DNA of 64,000 bases from Planctomycetota bacterium. Its GTDB lineage: Bacteria; Planctomycetota; PLA2; JAEUHO01. Position 1 is the stretch's first letter, and every line of letters starts with the position of its first letter. The stretch is taken from positions 288,001 through 352,000 of the forward strand of contig CBDCTJ010000001.1 of NCBI GenBank assembly GCA_965222115.1, in the 5' to 3' direction. A program made the translations under genes and the position numbers. Under the pieces are notes generated by a model, which searched no databases, was not told where the DNA came from, and worked only from the letters and a program-made list of their open reading frames with translations. Shown piece by piece: positions 61,150 to 64,000 of the stretch.

Positions 61150-62220
61150 ATGACGGCTCGTCAAGTCATTGCGTGCGGAATGGCCGCCTTCATGGTGGTA
61201 GCGCTGTCGTGTGGATCCGCACAGGGCGAAGAAAACACACCTGGAACAACGGCCCCACAGCCATCCGGGTCGTCAACGTCTCCAAAGAGCGCGACCGGCA
61301 AAGCGCTCCGCGTCGTGAAGCACCTCGACATCCCCTACGCCAAACGACCCGGCACGCGCAAGAACCTCTTGAGCCTCGACATATATCGACCGGTACCTAT
61401 CGGTACACAGTCGTCTACGCCTACGAGCCAAGCAAAGTACCCCGTACTGGCAATGATCCACGGCGGCGGTTGGCGTATGGGCGACAAGAGGAACGACAGC
61501 ATGGTGCGCTACAAAGTGCCCTATTTCGTCACGCGTGGCTACGTCTACATCAGTATCAACTACCGCTTGTCGCGCAATCCGCAGGTAAAGCACCCCGATC
61601 ACATTGACGATGTTGCGCTTGCCATAGCGTGGATCCATAACCACGTCGCGAAGTACGGCGGAGACCCAAATCAACTGTTCGTTATGGGCCACTCGGCCGG
61701 TGCTCACTTGGCTGCCCTCATCGCCACCGATCACCGCAAGCTGGAGAAACTTGGCAAGTCAATCAAGATCATCAAGGGTGTCGTTTGCCTGGACGGCGCT
61801 GGCTACGACGTGCCCGCGCAGATGAAATCAGCAAACATCGGACCGCTGCTTCGACTCATGTATCGCGGCGCATTCGGCAACAATGAAAAGGGCTGGATCG
61901 CCGCCTCGCCGCGCTACCACGTCGCCAAGGGGAAGGGCATCGCACCCACGCTCGTCTTCTACACCGCACGCGCACCGGCGGAACGCGCCTCAAAGGACTT
62001 CGTTCGCGCCCTAAACGCGGCCGGCGTGCCTGCTCGTGTCGTCCACGCCGCCGACAAAAACCACGCAGAAATCAACCGCTGCATTGGTCAGCGCGGCGAT
62101 CCCTACACAAAGATCATCATGCGTTTCCTCAACGCGCCACACAAGGTTGCGGTCAATGCAGCCGCCAAGCAGACGAAACCGGTTGCGCCTTCACGCGGAG
62201 CGGCAAACAAAGGCAACTAA
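61150..62220 (+). CDS. Exported alpha/beta hydrolase, HSL/BD-FAE-like esterase
   Basis: HGGGW, INYRL, GHSAG, C-terminal His (KNHAEIN). Confidence 0.92.
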   Translation: MTARQVIACGMAAFMVVALSCGSAQGEENTPGTTAPQPSGSSTSPKSATGKALRVVKHLDIPYAKRPGTRKNLLSLDIYRPVPIGTQSSTPTSQAKYPVLAMIHGGGWRMGDKRNDSMVRYKVPYFVTRGYVYISINYRLSRNPQVKHPDHIDDVALAIAWIHNHVAKYGGDPNQLFVMGHSAGAHLAALIATDHRKLEKLGKSIKIIKGVVCLDGAGYDVPAQMKSANIGPLLRLMYRGAFGNNEKGWIAASPRYHVAKGKGIAPTLVFYTARAPAERASKDFVRALNAAGVPARVVHAADKNHAEINRCIGQRGDPYTKIIMRFLNAPHKVAVNAAAKQTKPVAPSRGAANKGN

Positions 62221-62257
62221 CGTTCCGCCCCGTATCCGCGCGCGCTACAGTGTAGCC

Positions 62258-64000
62258 ATGAGCTATCGTCAGTTCGCATGGGCGTTGACTGCTGTTGTTG
62301 CAGCAGCAATCATTTATAGCCTTTCACGTTCACCGTCGAATTCGACGCGCACACCATCGAGTCGTTCGGGCAGTGCCACGAATCCATCGTCCAATTCAGA
62401 TTTGATGCGTTCGGCTGACAGCGACCTCAATGATGAAGCGAAGAGCGTTGGCTTGCGCGCACCGGTTCGAGATGCAGCGTCGCAGGGATTCGTTCGCCTT
62501 GCGGGCCAAGTGGTAGAGGCGGGGAATAAGAAGCCGATCGCAGGCGCCGCAATTTATCTGAAGCTGCAATCGCGCCACGTAGAACGCCAATTTGAGGACG
62601 AAGTCGACGAAGCGACGCTCAAGAGTGCGAAAGACGGAACATTTGAGTTTGGAAAACTCACGCCCGGAGTCTGGCTTTGCGTAATCTGGCATCCTAGCTA
62701 TACGCCGCCAGGTGCCTCCGGGGTTCTCGCTTCACTTGCGAACTTGACAGGGCTAGGCCGATCGCCCTTCATGCTCGACGTGCCGCCGAGAGCTCGTGGC
62801 GTGATCAAGAAGACTTATGAAATGTCCCGCGGCAGAGTCATTCATGGTCGAGTCATTGACGCGAATGGAGAGAGTATCTCGGACGTAGCGATTCGAATTC
62901 GGCTCCCCGAATCACTCGCGGATGATCTTCCGTACGGCATGGCTTCGACCTTGAACCAAATTACGGCCGCATGTCCACCGAAGATCGCGAAAGATGGCGC
63001 GTTTACGTTGGGGTGCATTCCAGCAGGAATTAGGGGCATTCGTATAGCTGCATACAAGAAGGGTTGTGCTTGCAAGTATGAATACGTAGACGGCGACCAA
63101 GAGGTGGTTCTTCGAGTCTTGCCTTGCGCTTCGATTGAGGGAAGGGTCACTGACTTCGATGGCAACGCAGCGAGCGACGCGTTTGTCGGCCTTTGGTCGG
63201 AAGAGGGAACCAGCGTTGACAACTGGGCCTACGAGGAAGTTCGGGACACAAAGACTAAGAAGGACGGCACCTACTCACTGATCGGGTTGCCGCCCACCGA
63301 CTGCCTGGTCTCTGCGGGATGGCAGGAGTCGTACTGGGAGACCAGTCGGTGGGTTGAGGCAATACGTCCAAGTGAGACGAGAAGCGACATCGAGTTGGCA
63401 ATAGGCACGCCACCGCGCCATATTCGCGCCTGCGTTCTCGGCCCCGACGGGGAGCCGAGACCCAACGCGTTTGTTTCGGTGCGCTCAAAAGCAACCGATC
63501 AACGTGATGCGGGAGGTGACGATCGCTTTGACGAAGATATTGAAGGAGTGACCCAAGCCTCTGGGCATGTAGATTTCTTCACACGACTGCCTGAACCGCT
63601 AGAATTTGTACATCGGACGAGGAATGCCGTCCATGTGTTGAAGCTCACGGGGACATCATCTGATGGTGAGCTCCGTCTCGTTACGCCGGCGACCATGCAC
63701 AACATAGATATTCACGTGCGGACGAAGTCGGGTGCGGCCATGAGATCATTTGAGGCACATATTGATCAGACCGGCGAGAGCGATGAGTTTCTAGTAACCG
63801 TAAACGGGCGGAATGGGAAAGCCTCGGCTCGCCGTTACGAAAAGCCACCCTTCACCATTCGAGTGCATCACGCGGTGGGAGGCGATGGCTCGCTGTACAA
63901 GCCCGAGGCACGCGTCGCTGATGCTAAGAACCTTCTAAAACCTCTTGAATTTGTGCTTTCGCCATCGGGTCCTCGATGCATCAAAATTCTGGATTCAAGT
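62258..64000 (+). CDS. Membrane-anchored carboxypeptidase-regulatory-like domain protein, 3' end outside the window
   Basis: ATG 62258 follows TACAGT-6 nt; N-terminal hydrophobic helix, GQVVEAGNKKPIAGAAI and GRVIDANGESI modules; the frame appears to run to the window end, which is why the ORF track omits it. Confidence 0.75.
   Translation, partial: MSYRQFAWALTAVVAAAIIYSLSRSPSNSTRTPSSRSGSATNPSSNSDLMRSADSDLNDEAKSVGLRAPVRDAASQGFVRLAGQVVEAGNKKPIAGAAIYLKLQSRHVERQFEDEVDEATLKSAKDGTFEFGKLTPGVWLCVIWHPSYTPPGASGVLASLANLTGLGRSPFMLDVPPRARGVIKKTYEMSRGRVIHGRVIDANGESISDVAIRIRLPESLADDLPYGMASTLNQITAACPPKIAKDGAFTLGCIPAGIRGIRIAAYKKGCACKYEYVDGDQEVVLRVLPCASIEGRVTDFDGNAASDAFVGLWSEEGTSVDNWAYEEVRDTKTKKDGTYSLIGLPPTDCLVSAGWQESYWETSRWVEAIRPSETRSDIELAIGTPPRHIRACVLGPDGEPRPNAFVSVRSKATDQRDAGGDDRFDEDIEGVTQASGHVDFFTRLPEPLEFVHRTRNAVHVLKLTGTSSDGELRLVTPATMHNIDIHVRTKSGAAMRSFEAHIDQTGESDEFLVTVNGRNGKASARRYEKPPFTIRVHHAVGGDGSLYKPEARVADAKNLLKPLEFVLSPSGPRCIKILDSS

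Overview
A 64 kb GC-rich bacterial chromosomal window, most consistent with a Planctomycetota genome. The evidence for that is six ECF sigma factors, an ECF-Ser/Thr kinase pair, a secretin-like protein and carboxypeptidase-regulatory-domain surface proteins. Recognisable genes are an Fpg/Nei glycosylase, an imuA-imuB-dnaE2 mutagenesis cassette, htpX, peptidase E, a beta-carbonic anhydrase, a TroABCD/Mnt-type metal ABC transporter, an Uup-type ABC-F ATPase, ComB-family and BI-1/YccA proteins, and several hydrolases and methyltransferases. No rRNA, tRNA, CRISPR array or transposase was seen. The most notable observations are: (1) a probable exported selenoprotein hidden as two ORFs, with an in-frame TGA at 43230-43232 at the redox site of a thioredoxin-like domain followed by TPR and duplicated HEAT regions; (2) an ECF sigma plus membrane anti-sigma-like gene divergent from two signal-peptide-bearing TPR-CHAT proteases; (3) four ECF sigmas fused through a transmembrane helix to extracytoplasmic domains, three sharing a GYAAC-N17/18-GNAGTA promoter; (4) pervasive leaderless TAnnnT-N5-7-start promoters; (5) three families of palindromic intergenic repeats; (6) tandem SecD-P1-only proteins; (7) a bacterial EEF1AKMT1/Efm5-like methyltransferase. 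Several genes carry 1-nt frameshifts that may be assembly errors. All assignments are by eye from motifs; no searches were run.
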